From Nannocystis bainbridge (GTDB taxonomy: Bacteria > Myxococcota_A > Polyangia > Nannocystales > Nannocystaceae), in the NCBI RefSeq assembly GCF_028368995.1, contig NZ_JAQNDL010000001.1, forward strand, positions 4,128,001 through 4,192,000: DNA of 64,000 bases, in the 5' to 3' direction. The stretch's first letter is position 1; each line of letters opens with the position of its first letter. The notes below the pieces were generated by a model. It searched no databases. It was not told the DNA's origin and saw nothing but the letters and a program-made list of their open reading frames with translations. A program made the translations under genes and the position numbers. Below, one piece after another: positions 39,169 to 49,130 of the stretch.

Positions 39169-41481
39169 TCATGACCCGCTGACGTGCAAGATCTCCGCGA
39201 CCGGTCGGCGCAGCGACGACTGCGTCAATGCCTCCGCGCGTGAGACCCGGAACAGCAGCACCTCGGCCTGCTCGGGCTCGCCCGGGAACAGCCGGGTGAA
39301 GCGCGGGCGGGCCTCTGCGAGCGCCGCCACGGCCGCCTCGCTCAGGCCCTCGCCGCCGTGGCGCACGCGCAGGAACAGGTACGGCAGCGTCGACATCGGG
39401 TAGATCGCCAGCCCCAGCGCGTGGGCGACCAGCCACATGCGCTGCAGCGCCTGGCCGCCGCGGAAGAACTGCTCGGCGCCGATGCGCGGCATCGTCAAGA
39501 GGCCGACCGCCGAGGCCGACGCGATCGCCTTGGCGGCCGACTTGCGCAGGCCCTTGCCGCCGCCGAGGGCGCGTAGCAGCGGCAGCGCGTCCTGCCTTCG
39601 GCACATCGAGAGGCCGGCGCGGTCGGCCGCGCTGAGCTCGAGCGAGTCGATGGTGATGCCGTCGCGGGTGGCCTCGGCCTCCTCGGGGGTCCAGCGGACC
39701 TCGCGGAACATCTCGCGGTTGAGCCGGTCGTCGATGATGCGCTGCTGGTCGCCGATGCCGATCAGGTCGGCGATCTCGGCCAGGTCGGCGTCGCCGGCGA
39801 CGAACTGCAGGCGGGCGCCGGAGATCGAGCAGGTGGCGTCACGCAGCGCGTCATGATGGGCCAGGTCCAGCGGTTCACGGGGCGAGGCTTTGCGGTTGGT
39901 GTTTCGGGCCCCGAGCGCGCCGGCGAGCTCGTCGTGCCAGTGCGGCAGCGCGTCCGGGCCGGGCCCGGCGAGGCGTTCGAACACGGCCGCGAGGTCGGGC
40001 TCGTCGGCGCTGGGGAACACCTGCTGGGCCAGCTCGAGCCCGCGCGCGTGAGCGGCCAGTCGCAGGCTCTCGGCCGCGGCGCCGAGGGCCGCGACGCCGC
40101 CCATGGCGCGGAAGTCGGCCAGGCTCTCGGAGCGGGCGCGCTCGTGGAACAGGAACAGCCGACCGCCGCGCAGCAGCCAGCGCCACGGCTGGGTGTTGCC
40201 GCCCGACGGCGCGCGCGCGGCCAGCTCGACCAGCTCACGCGCCTGCTCGGTGCTCCACGCCAGCGCGGCCGGGCGCCCGTGCGTCCCGCGGTCGGCGGCG
40301 CGCTCCATCGCCTCGGCGGTCCACGCCGGCACGTGCGGCAGCTCGACCGGGCCGTCGGGCGCGGGATCGTTGGGCACGATGCTCTCGATGTCGGCGATGA
40401 AGCGCCCCGAGTAATTCATCTGCCCGAGGTTCATGCGCCGGACGATGTCGGCCGCCGCGCCGCCGCCGTAGACGACGCACGAGCCGAGCTGCGGCCAGGT
40501 CTTGATCGTCGACTCGATCTCGATCATCGACGTGACCATGCGGCTCGACATGGTGCCCTCGCCGATGATCTTGAGCACGTACGGGATCTTCTCCTCGGTC
40601 GAGAGGTTGGCGATCCGCTCGGGCTCGATGTTGCCGACGAGGCCGTGGAAGATCGGCCGCGCCGGCTCGAGGTCGAAGCGCTCGACGTCGATGAGCGCGC
40701 GGTCGCTGGTCTCCATCAGCACCGGGATCTTGTGCAGCCGGGCGGTGACGCGCAGCTTGAGCTTGATGTCGATGCTGTCGCACTCGTCGATCAGCACGTC
40801 GAGCTTGCCGCCGCGGAGGAGGAACGCGCTGAGGTTGTCGTCGTGGACGCCGACCGGGTAGAGCACGACCTTGAGGAACGGGTCGATCTCGGCGATGTCA
40901 CGGGCCGTGATCAGGACCTTGGAGACGCCGAGGTTGTGGACCGAGCTGCGGATGCGATTGAGGTTGGAGAGGTCGAGGCGGTCGAAGTCGGCCAGCCGGA
41001 TCTCGCCGACGCTGCGCTCGAGCGCCATCGTCGTCGCCACCGTCTGACCGACCGACAGGCCGATCACGCCGACGCGCTTGGTCGCCAGCCGCGCCTGCTC
41101 CTCGGGCGTCAGCTTGTACTTGTTGCGGTTGGTCCGCAGCTCGACGAACTCGGCCTCGTCGAGCAGGTGCACCAGGCGTGCGGCCCACGAGTAGTAGACC
41201 CATACGCCGTACTCTTCGGGCGGCGTCTCGCCGAGGTACAGCCGCACCCGCTCGCGCGCAGCGGGGTCGCTGATCCGCTCGCTCGGGTTGCGAGTGCGGA
41301 TCAGGTCGATGAGCTGCTCCTCGAGGGCGTCGTACACCTGCAGGCCAGGCACCTCGTCGAGCAACGTCGACAGCGCGCGCCGGTCCTCGGCGACGGCCAG
41401 GCGGAAGAGCTGAGGTCGCCACGCCTCGCTCTCGTAACGCGCCTCCAGCAGCCTCTTGCCCAGTCGGTCCCCTGTGTCCAC
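39169..41481 (-). CDS. ThiF adenylyltransferase-nitroreductase fusion, Rv1355c/OxzB-like (paralogue 1)
   Basis: RTNRNKYK.T..EQ, GLSVG, LADFD.LDLSNLNR, DECD, METSDR and WPQL, then nitroreductase APSGGNTQPW and RNTNR. GTG start inferred. Confidence 0.88.
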   Translation of the reverse strand: MDTGDRLGKRLLEARYESEAWRPQLFRLAVAEDRRALSTLLDEVPGLQVYDALEEQLIDLIRTRNPSERISDPAARERVRLYLGETPPEEYGVWVYYSWAARLVHLLDEAEFVELRTNRNKYKLTPEEQARLATKRVGVIGLSVGQTVATTMALERSVGEIRLADFDRLDLSNLNRIRSSVHNLGVSKVLITARDIAEIDPFLKVVLYPVGVHDDNLSAFLLRGGKLDVLIDECDSIDIKLKLRVTARLHKIPVLMETSDRALIDVERFDLEPARPIFHGLVGNIEPERIANLSTEEKIPYVLKIIGEGTMSSRMVTSMIEIESTIKTWPQLGSCVVYGGGAAADIVRRMNLGQMNYSGRFIADIESIVPNDPAPDGPVELPHVPAWTAEAMERAADRGTHGRPAALAWSTEQARELVELAARAPSGGNTQPWRWLLRGGRLFLFHERARSESLADFRAMGGVAALGAAAESLRLAAHARGLELAQQVFPSADEPDLAAVFERLAGPGPDALPHWHDELAGALGARNTNRKASPREPLDLAHHDALRDATCSISGARLQFVAGDADLAEIADLIGIGDQQRIIDDRLNREMFREVRWTPEEAEATRDGITIDSLELSAADRAGLSMCRRQDALPLLRALGGGKGLRKSAAKAIASASAVGLLTMPRIGAEQFFRGGQALQRMWLVAHALGLAIYPMSTLPYLFLRVRHGGEGLSEAAVAALAEARPRFTRLFPGEPEQAEVLLFRVSRAEALTQSSLRRPVAEILHVSGS

Positions 41482-41675
41482 GTGCTCTCCCGCCGCTGCC
41501 CGTCGCGCCTGCGCGGCCGTTCTCCCGCCATGATAGGCCGGGCTCGTCGCGTCGATCCACCGCAGCACGCGCGCTCGATCACGCTCGTCGGGCGCCACGG
41601 GCGCGGAACCTGGAGCCGCGACCCGCCTGCGGGCGGTAACGCTCCGGGGCGCCGATCTGCCGCGTCCTCGGCACA

Positions 41676-41717
41676 TGTTCTTTACGGCATGTTGTGAAGG
41701 ACATGTTCCAAAAAACA
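41676..41717. repeat. Three AT-richer 14-bp units in the divergent promoter region
   Basis: tgttctttacggca|tgttgtgaaggaca|tgttccaaaaaaca. Confidence 0.7.
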
Positions 41718-41879
41718 GCTTGACGTTCGCAGCGAGCGCAGCCATGCGCAAATCCCGCGCAAGGCTTCTTTGGGCGTTTTCGCGCACGCTCGGCAGCACC
41801 GGTCCGACGCTCTTGGTCTATACTCTCGCTGGCTCAGCGGGGTCCGCACCGCCGCCGCCACGCCCCGAGAAGCGCGCCC

Positions 41880-42308
41880 ATGTCCGCCCCCACGATGGCC
41901 TACTCGCTCTACCACTCGGTGCTGGTGGCCGTGCACACGAAGGACAACCCGACCGACGAGGAGTGGAGCGGCTACGTCGACTTCGGGCGCAAGCAGATGG
42001 GCAACTACACCAGCTCGCTCGTCATCTCCGAGGGCGGGGGCCCCAACGCGACCCAGCGCGGGGCGATGAACGACCTGCTCGAGGCCAACGGCTTCAAGGG
42101 CAAGGTCTCGGTGGTGACGCTCAACCGGCTCGTCCGCGGCATCGTCACCGCGCTCAGCTGGTTCAACCCGAACGTCAAGGCGTTCACCACCGTGCAGATC
42201 CCCGCGGCCATCGAGTACCTCGAGATCCCCAGGCCCCACCACGAGCGCCTGATGGCCGAGATCAAGCGGCTGCGCGACAAGGTCGGCATCTCGAGCGCGA
42301 TGACCTAG
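41880..42308 (+). CDS. Small STAS/SEC14 (SpoIIAA-like) domain protein
   Basis: P.DEEW..Y, GGGPNA.QR and VSVV....LVRGIVTAL.WF motifs, as seen in this myxobacterial family. Confidence 0.7.
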   Translation: MSAPTMAYSLYHSVLVAVHTKDNPTDEEWSGYVDFGRKQMGNYTSSLVISEGGGPNATQRGAMNDLLEANGFKGKVSVVTLNRLVRGIVTALSWFNPNVKAFTTVQIPAAIEYLEIPRPHHERLMAEIKRLRDKVGISSAMT

Positions 42309-42489
42309 CGACGCTCCGACGCGTCCCACCTGCCTGTGCCAGTCGCCCTTGCGCGGCCCGGGGGCACGCGTGGGCCGGCCGCCGTCACCGTTCGCGGCTC
42401 GCCTGTGTCACTCGCGTCGTCGCGGCCGAGCACGCGTCAATCGCGTCACTCGCGGCGACGGGCTCACGACGCGCTCGTGCGACGCGGCG

Positions 42490-43221
42490 TCAGGCCGAGT
42501 GTTCGGCCTGGGCGATGCCGCCGGCGGCGTGTTCGGACGGGGCCACCGGGGCGTGCTCGCCGGGTTGCACGGGCACGTGCTCTTCGGTCTCGGGCGACCA
42601 GAAGATCGGGCAGTGCATGCGGAGCGCCTGGCGGAGGCCGAGGATGCGCCACTTGTGCTCCGGCTCGGCGGTGGCGAGGCGGACCGGGTCGAGCAGGATG
42701 ACCTTCGAGAAGTAGCGGGCGTCGGGGTACGAATGCACGCCGAGGCGCGGCTCGGCGGCGAATCCGATGGGAGCCCAGTGGTTCACCACATAGTGGTGCG
42801 AGAGCGCGATCAGCAGGTTGGTCTCGCACAGCGGCGCAGCGGCCACGGCCGTGCGCACCAGCGCATTGCTCAGCTTGGTCCCGCGATACCGCGAATAGGC
42901 CCACAGGCCGCACACCTCGGCGACCCCGTGTTGCCGCCGGCTCTCCAGCAATCGCGCGAGCTGTGACAGTTGCGAGAGCGTGTGCTCGACCGGCAACTTG
43001 GTGCCCGGAAAGCTGAGGTGCAGCCGCAGCCCCCCGACCATCGCCCCCGACTCGTCGCGGGCCACGAAATACACCACGCGGCCGCTCAACAGGTCTTCTT
43101 GATTGACCTCGATGACGGCCGCTTCCGCCGAGAACTCCTCATAGCAAGCCCGCTGGGCCTGCGAGAACTCGTCCACTACAGACGGCTCGAGATGCGGGTT
43201 CACGAGGGAGAGCGAGAGCAT
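42490..43221 (-). CDS. GNAT-fold N-acyl amino acid synthase-like protein (Rv1356c/OxzA/FeeM-like)
   Basis: YFVARD..G.MVGG.R, G.AE.CGLW....YRG and YPD.RY motifs; lies downstream of a ThiF-nitroreductase gene. Confidence 0.68.
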   Translation of the reverse strand: MLSLSLVNPHLEPSVVDEFSQAQRACYEEFSAEAAVIEVNQEDLLSGRVVYFVARDESGAMVGGLRLHLSFPGTKLPVEHTLSQLSQLARLLESRRQHGVAEVCGLWAYSRYRGTKLSNALVRTAVAAAPLCETNLLIALSHHYVVNHWAPIGFAAEPRLGVHSYPDARYFSKVILLDPVRLATAEPEHKWRILGLRQALRMHCPIFWSPETEEHVPVQPGEHAPVAPSEHAAGGIAQAEHSA

Positions 43222-43471
43222 GTGTGGTACCACCGTCCATGTGTGGAAAGGGCGCGGCAACCCTCACAAGCACGCAAAACCCTGTTTGCCTCCCGCCACC
43301 GCATGTTCGGTCGAGAGTACGGGAATCACCTGGCAGTGTCAAGACGCGCTGCTTTCTTGCACATGCAGCAAATGTGTGCTGCGATACACAAATTGCAACG
43401 AGTTTGCGGCCTTTGGGCCCCGCCACGAGGCAAGACGTCGTGTTCTTGTCTCATCGGGACGACAGTGTCGA

Positions 43472-45760
43472 TCAAGGCGATTTCTTGTCGGGAAGCGGCG
43501 CAGAGAACACGTCGTCGACCGGTCTGCGTAAGGTCCGCAAGGGCGCGGGGTCTGCGTAGGAGAGGCGAAACAGCAGGATCTCGACATCGGCGAGCGCGAC
43601 GGTGAAAGCGCGAGTGAAGCGCTCCCGCATCTCGAGGAAACGCTGAATCTCGCGTTTGTCGAAGCCGGCGCCGTGGAACCGCTCGACCCGGGCGAACATA
43701 TCAATCAGCGTGTTGATCGGATGGATGGCGACGCCGAGGGCGCTGGCGGTGAGCCACAGCTGTTGCATCGCCTGGCCCCCGCGGACCAGCGCGGTCGGTG
43801 ATTGGCCGGGAATCGTCAGCAGGCCGACCGCTGCGGATGAGGCTAGGGCCTGGACCGACGACATCATCAGCAAGCGCCCACCATTCGTGTCTCGCAGCAC
43901 CTTGGCGACATCGGTGGAGCGGAGCAGCTGAAACGCCGCGAAGTCCATCGGTGTCACTGCCAGTGCCTCGACGCGAATGCCGTCCTGGGTGTCGTGGGCC
44001 TCGGCCTCCGACCAGCGGATCTGGCGCATCGTGGGGCCGTGCAGCGTCGGGGTCAGCAGCCGCAGTCGTTCGGCCTCACCCAGCAGTTGGCCGAGCTCGC
44101 CGAGCAGGCCGCGGTCCGTACATAGTTGCAGCTTGGCCCCGCTGTCGCGGGCGGCGGCCGACAACGCTTGCACATGCACCGGCGACAGGTGCGCACGGGT
44201 GCCCAGCGCGCGGTTGGTGTTGCGCCGCGGGATCTCCTCGAATAGCGGGTCGTCGGCCGGTCCGCCGGCGCGCAGTGCGAATCGCACCTCTGCGACCAGG
44301 GACGGGTCTTGCTTGCCCGGGAACAGCTGAATCGTGGCCTCGCGACCCTTCACCCCGGCCGCGATCTGCAAATTGGCCAGCGCCCCGCCGATGGCCACCA
44401 GCGCCCAATGACGGCCGATCTCCTCGCGCCCGGCCGCGCGCTCGGTGTCGTGGAACACCCGCAAAACGCTGTCGCCGTACTCGAATCGCCACGGCTGGTC
44501 GTTGCCGTGCGACGGCGCCATGATCGCGTACTGCACCAATTCGCGGACTTCGGTGATGTCGCGGAGTCGACGCGGGTGGCTGAGGTCGGGCAGCGGCGGC
44601 GAGGTGACCTCGGCGAGCTGACCGCTGACATCGATGTAGACGCGGCCCGAGGCGAGCGGCATGCCGAGGGCGAGGCGGCGGACCGCGGTCGTCGTGGTCG
44701 CGCCGCCGAGGGTCACGTCGGAGCCGAGCTGCGAGAAGCCCTTGAGCGTGAGGTTGAGCTCGAGCAGCGACGCGGCCAGGCGGGGCGAGATGGTGTGCAG
44801 GCCGGCGATCTGCAGGATGAGGCCGAGGCGGGCCGGCGGCGGCAGCGTGTTGACCTGGTCGGAGGTCACGTTACCGACGAGGCCGTGGAGGATCGGGCGC
44901 TCGGGCTCGAGGTCGAAGCGTTCGATGTCGAGCATGCCGCGGTCGCTGGTCTCCATCAGCACCGGCAGCCGACGGGCCCGCGCCTCCTCGCGCAGCTTGA
45001 GCTTGATCTGGATGCTGTCGCACTCGTCGATGACGATGTCGGCGCGGTCGCCCGGACCGGTGCCGTCGATGAACTCGCCGATGTTCTCGGGCGTGACGCC
45101 GTCGGTGAACAGGACCAGGTTGGCGTACGGGTTCTGCTCGTAGATCTGGCGCGCCGCGATGATCGCCTTGTTGAGCCCGAGGTGATGCACCGCGCAGCGG
45201 ATGCGGTTCATGTTCGACAGGTCGAGGGTGTCGAAGTCGGCGAGGCGGAGCTCGCCGAACACGCCCTCGAGCGCGAGCGTGACTGCGACCGCGTTGCCGA
45301 CGCTGAGGCCGGCCAGGGCGATCTTGATCTTGCGCAGCCGGATCTGCTCTTCGCTCGTGATCTTGTTGCGGTTGCGATCGGAGCGCAGCTCGATGAACGG
45401 GTCGGGCGGCAGCAGGTGGACCATGCGCCGCGACCACGGATAGAAAGCCCAGCGCCCGTAGTCCTGCGGCGTCTGGCCGGCGAGCGTGCGCTCGATCTCC
45501 TGCGCGACCTCGTCGTCGGTGTAGTTCTTGCTCGGCGTCCGCGAGCGCACGAGGTCCTTCAGCTGGGCCTCGAGCATGTCGTGGATGTACATGACCTCGC
45601 CGTCGTTCATCAGCTCGTCCATCGCCTCGGCTTCGGCGGGGACGGAGCGATCGAAGATCAGCGGGAACCACGACTCGCGCTCGGCGGAGTCGAGCACTTC
45701 ACGCCACGGAGCCAGAGTCTTCGGCAAACGACGCGCAGGCATCGACGGCTCCTCAGTCAA
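43472..45760 (-). CDS. ThiF adenylyltransferase-nitroreductase fusion, Rv1355c/OxzB-like (paralogue 2)
   Basis: RSDRNRNKIT..EQ, GLSVG, LADFDTLDLSNMNR, DECD, METSDR, then APSHGNDQPW and RRNTNR. Confidence 0.88.
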   Translation of the reverse strand: MTEEPSMPARRLPKTLAPWREVLDSAERESWFPLIFDRSVPAEAEAMDELMNDGEVMYIHDMLEAQLKDLVRSRTPSKNYTDDEVAQEIERTLAGQTPQDYGRWAFYPWSRRMVHLLPPDPFIELRSDRNRNKITSEEQIRLRKIKIALAGLSVGNAVAVTLALEGVFGELRLADFDTLDLSNMNRIRCAVHHLGLNKAIIAARQIYEQNPYANLVLFTDGVTPENIGEFIDGTGPGDRADIVIDECDSIQIKLKLREEARARRLPVLMETSDRGMLDIERFDLEPERPILHGLVGNVTSDQVNTLPPPARLGLILQIAGLHTISPRLAASLLELNLTLKGFSQLGSDVTLGGATTTTAVRRLALGMPLASGRVYIDVSGQLAEVTSPPLPDLSHPRRLRDITEVRELVQYAIMAPSHGNDQPWRFEYGDSVLRVFHDTERAAGREEIGRHWALVAIGGALANLQIAAGVKGREATIQLFPGKQDPSLVAEVRFALRAGGPADDPLFEEIPRRNTNRALGTRAHLSPVHVQALSAAARDSGAKLQLCTDRGLLGELGQLLGEAERLRLLTPTLHGPTMRQIRWSEAEAHDTQDGIRVEALAVTPMDFAAFQLLRSTDVAKVLRDTNGGRLLMMSSVQALASSAAVGLLTIPGQSPTALVRGGQAMQQLWLTASALGVAIHPINTLIDMFARVERFHGAGFDKREIQRFLEMRERFTRAFTVALADVEILLFRLSYADPAPLRTLRRPVDDVFSAPLPDKKSP

Positions 45761-45871
45761 CGCGGCGCGTGGGCTCGGCGGGCAACACTTCGACGATAGC
45801 GCAAGGCGCGCGGAGTCGACAAGGGCGGCGCATTGCCTTCACTTCCCGACGTGTCGTCACGCTTTCGTGAT

Positions 45872-46513
45872 TCATGCGGCGGCGCTCCGCACGGCGGCCA
45901 GCAGCGTCGTCGCGCGCTCGCCGATGGCTGTGAGATCTCCGGCTTGTACGAGCGCCGGGGGGAACAGCGGCGTGGTGAAGCCCACCCCTGCCGCGCCGGC
46001 TTGCAGCACCGGAGCGGCGTTCGCGGCGTCGACCCCGTTGGTCGGCACCAGGTTCAGGGCCGGCATCGGCCCCAGCACCGCGCGCACGAACGCGGCGACG
46101 TCGCCGGGCGCGGGGAACAACTTTTGCGCCGCCGCCCCGGCCGTGTGCGCGCGCCACAGCTCCGTCGGCGTGAAGCAGCCGGGCACCGCCGCCGCCCCGA
46201 GCGCGCGCGCGCAGGCCACCACGCGCTCGTCCAGCACCGGCGACACCAGGAACCGGGCCCCAGCCCGGACCGCCTCGCCGGCGGTCTCAGGGTCCATCAC
46301 CGTGCCCGCGCCGACCGTCAGGCGGGCGTCACGGGCGAACTCGGCGACGAGGCTCATCGCCCCGGGCGTCGTCACCGTGAACTCGAGCACCCGGAAGCCG
46401 GCCTCGACGGCCGCCCACATCGCCGCGGCGGCGTGGTCGCGGCTGGTCGCGCGCATGATGGCGACCGCGCGGTGCTGGGCGAGCGCCGCGGTGAAGGCTG
46501 TCTCCGAGGACAT
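45872..46513 (-). CDS. eda: KDPG/KHG aldolase
   Basis: AI.R, LEFT.TTP, VGAGTV, GA.FLVSP, PG..TPTE, KLFPA and PT.GV motifs. Confidence 0.88.
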   Translation of the reverse strand: MSSETAFTAALAQHRAVAIMRATSRDHAAAAMWAAVEAGFRVLEFTVTTPGAMSLVAEFARDARLTVGAGTVMDPETAGEAVRAGARFLVSPVLDERVVACARALGAAAVPGCFTPTELWRAHTAGAAAQKLFPAPGDVAAFVRAVLGPMPALNLVPTNGVDAANAAPVLQAGAAGVGFTTPLFPPALVQAGDLTAIGERATTLLAAVRSAAA

Positions 46514-46728
46514 GCTGGGGCCATCGTAGGCCAACGGCCGCGCGGGCCGCAAGTTCGCCGCCGGACCGGGGCCGGGGCCGACCCGAGGCGTCCGCGGAGG
46601 CCGCCTCGGCGGCAGCGGCGGTCACGCAGGGTCTGCGGGCTCGCGTTCCGGGCGATCGGCACATTCGGGTTCGCCGACCAGCGGCGCGCCCGGGCTGCGG
46701 GTACCGAGCGGGCGGCGATCGTCGCACA

Positions 46729-46928
46729 TGGCCTTTTGTTCATGTCCGGGACGCGTCGTCGCGGGCGTCTGCTCCCCGCGCTGCTCGAGGCCGGCGGCGC
46801 CTCGCTCGACATGTCCCCACGGACATGTCCATGCCGCGCGAGTGACATGTCCCTTCGGACAGCCGACCTCCTGTGAGTCCCGGCATGTCCCGGAGGACAG
46901 GTTCATCCCGAGGCTGTCCCGAAGGACC
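46729..46928. repeat. Dense cluster of 14-bp palindromic units
   Basis: tgtccccacggaca (46812), tgtcccttcggaca (46848), tgtcccggaggaca (46886), tgtcccgaaggacc (46915). Confidence 0.85.
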
Positions 46929-46931
46929 GCG

Positions 46932-47753
46932 TCAGCCGAAGATGGGCAGCATGCGCTCTTCGTAGAGCGAGTCGAGCATCGACTGCATCGTCTGCTCGAC
47001 CCGCTCGTAGACGGTCGGCGCGCGCTCGGCCGCCTCGACCTCGCAGCAGGCGTTGCCGTCGTGCGCCAGCGGGTCGCCGACCTGGAACGTGATCTTCGAC
47101 GGCAGCGGCAGGTAGGGCAGCGCGCAGGTCGGGCCGAGCATCAGGCCCCAGGGGGCGGCGAGGATGATCGGCAGGGAGCTGATCCTCGCCCACTTCTGGG
47201 TCTGCATCAGGCGCGCGAGCCGGTGGCCGCGGGTCAGCACGATCATCGTCTCGTGGCTGCCGGCGCTGACGACCGGGACGATCGGCACACCTGCCCGAAG
47301 AGCCAGGCGCGCGAAGCCCTGGCGCTGGGCCAGGACGATCCGCCGGCGGTCGCGGAACGGGCGCATCGACTCGACGTCGCCGCCCGGGAACACCAGGACC
47401 TTGTGGCCCGCCTCGAGCAGCGAGCGGGCCTGGCCCTTGCGGGCGCGGATGATGCCGACCGACTCGAGCATCTGCGCCACCCGCTTGACGCGGAACAGGA
47501 TGTCGTGGGCGAGCACGAAGACCGGCTGGTCGTAGCCGCGCTGGCGGTAGTACTCGACCAGGAACAGGCCATCGACCGGATTGAGGCCGCCGTTGTGGTT
47601 GGCGACGATCAGCGCCGGACCCTCGGGCATCTTGTCGACCCCGCGCACCTCGCAGCGGTGGTAGCGGGCCAGCATGTTGAAGCCGGCCACCGCCGACCGC
47701 AGCGCCGAACGGCACACGCCTGCGAGAACGCCGGAGGGTGCCGCTGATTCCAC
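46932..47753 (-). CDS. Lysophospholipid/DGAT-type acyltransferase (PlsC superfamily)
   Basis: ANHNGG..P.D, VFPGG, GFARLAL..GVPIVPV and LPLPSKI motifs. Confidence 0.85.
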   Translation of the reverse strand: MESAAPSGVLAGVCRSALRSAVAGFNMLARYHRCEVRGVDKMPEGPALIVANHNGGLNPVDGLFLVEYYRQRGYDQPVFVLAHDILFRVKRVAQMLESVGIIRARKGQARSLLEAGHKVLVFPGGDVESMRPFRDRRRIVLAQRQGFARLALRAGVPIVPVVSAGSHETMIVLTRGHRLARLMQTQKWARISSLPIILAAPWGLMLGPTCALPYLPLPSKITFQVGDPLAHDGNACCEVEAAERAPTVYERVEQTMQSMLDSLYEERMLPIFG

Positions 47754-47830
47754 GGGAGGGGCGGCACGCAGCGGTGGGGGGGGCGTTCCCTCAGCCTGCG
47801 GCGCGAAGCCCTCGAGCGGGTATGGTCTTG

Positions 47831-48793
47831 CTAGGCGGATGCTCGAAAAGTGTCATGACCTGCGGCACACGTCGAGCCGCGCTGTGAAACATCCTGCGCA
47901 GGCAAGCGCCGCGCGAAATCAAGCACACGTTCGGTCAACGCCGTCGGTTGCTCCATGAACCCGATGTGTCCGAAATCGGTGAATTCGGCCATTTCGGCGT
48001 GCGCGGGCAGGTTCTGGGCGAAGAAGCGGTAGTGCGCGCGCGGCAAGATCCGCTCCTCGCGCCCCCACACGAAGAGCACGGGCATGTGGAGGCTCGCCAG
48101 CTCGGCTGGCGTGAGCAGCACGGAGGGGGAGATCTCTCCGAGCAGCTGGCGCAGCTGGGGATGGTTGAAGCGCCGGCGGAGGTTGTGCGCGATCGGGTGA
48201 CGCATGAGGGGCGGCACCTTGGCGAACACGTCGTCGACGAATTCGAGCGCCTGGCCGTAGGAGTCGATGCGGAAGCGGTCGAGGAACGCCGCGTGCTGGG
48301 CCGGGGGCAGCGGCGCGCCGCCGGGCGAGACCAGCGCCAGACCGCGGACCATGTGCGGACGGGCGAGCGCGTAGCGGATCGCCACCAGGCCGCCCATCGA
48401 GTTGCCGAGGATGATCGCCGGCTGGTCGAGGACCTTGTCGAGCGTCTCGACCACCGCGTCGAGCAGCACCGTGGGCGCGTCGCCCGACCGCAGCGGCGCC
48501 GAGAAGCCGTGGCCCGGCATGTCGGGGGCGACGACCCGGCGGACGTGCGGCTGGAAGCGCTTGAGCAGCCCGGCGTAACACACCGCGTGGGCGGCGAGCC
48601 CGTGCAGCACGACGATCGGCGGCAGACCGCCGCTGCCCGCCCCGTCCAGCACGTGAATGTCGCCAGCGCCGGTGGCCACCTGGCGGCTCTTCAGGCCGGA
48701 GACGTTGAGGACACGGCGGGCGAGTCGCTCGGGCAGGGTCAGCATGTGTTCAGGAGACTTCAGACCCCGGGGAAATTCCACAAAGCGGCGCAT
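47831..48793 (-). CDS. Alpha/beta hydrolase
   Basis: VLHG, PDMPGHGFS, GNSMGG nucleophile elbow and C-terminal GH. Confidence 0.85.
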   Translation of the reverse strand: MRRFVEFPRGLKSPEHMLTLPERLARRVLNVSGLKSRQVATGAGDIHVLDGAGSGGLPPIVVLHGLAAHAVCYAGLLKRFQPHVRRVVAPDMPGHGFSAPLRSGDAPTVLLDAVVETLDKVLDQPAIILGNSMGGLVAIRYALARPHMVRGLALVSPGGAPLPPAQHAAFLDRFRIDSYGQALEFVDDVFAKVPPLMRHPIAHNLRRRFNHPQLRQLLGEISPSVLLTPAELASLHMPVLFVWGREERILPRAHYRFFAQNLPAHAEMAEFTDFGHIGFMEQPTALTERVLDFARRLPAQDVSQRGSTCAAGHDTFRASA

Positions 48794-49130
48794 TCAGACC
48801 GTGCTGGGGATCACAGGACCGGCTGCGCACCCCCCTGCGCACGCGCGCAGGCGGTCGCGCTCCGCCCGACCCCGACGCAACGGCCTGTGATCTGTCCCCG
48901 AGGACAGATGAACCATGGATCGGCGAGCGCGCTCGCGACCGCCGCGCAGGGGCCGCCCGCGTCGCCAGGACCGAGAGGCGGTCGTCCCGCCTCGAAGATC
49001 GCGCCGACGAGGAGCAGCCGCGAGCGCAGAGGCGCCGGTCGGCCCTCGCCTTCGAGATGTCTCTTCGGACATGTCCTCCGGGACTGCTTGACGGCCTCGT
49101 CGCCGCCCGCGTAGAACCGGCGCCCGCGGC

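Noticed and set aside
39169-45760. ThiF genes as a RiPP (microcin C/TOMM) or ubiquitin-like defence system
   Set aside because: No precursor peptide, YcaO, E2/JAB or Ubl genes are nearby. The nitroreductase fusion plus acyltransferase fits the OxzAB/Rv1355c type better.
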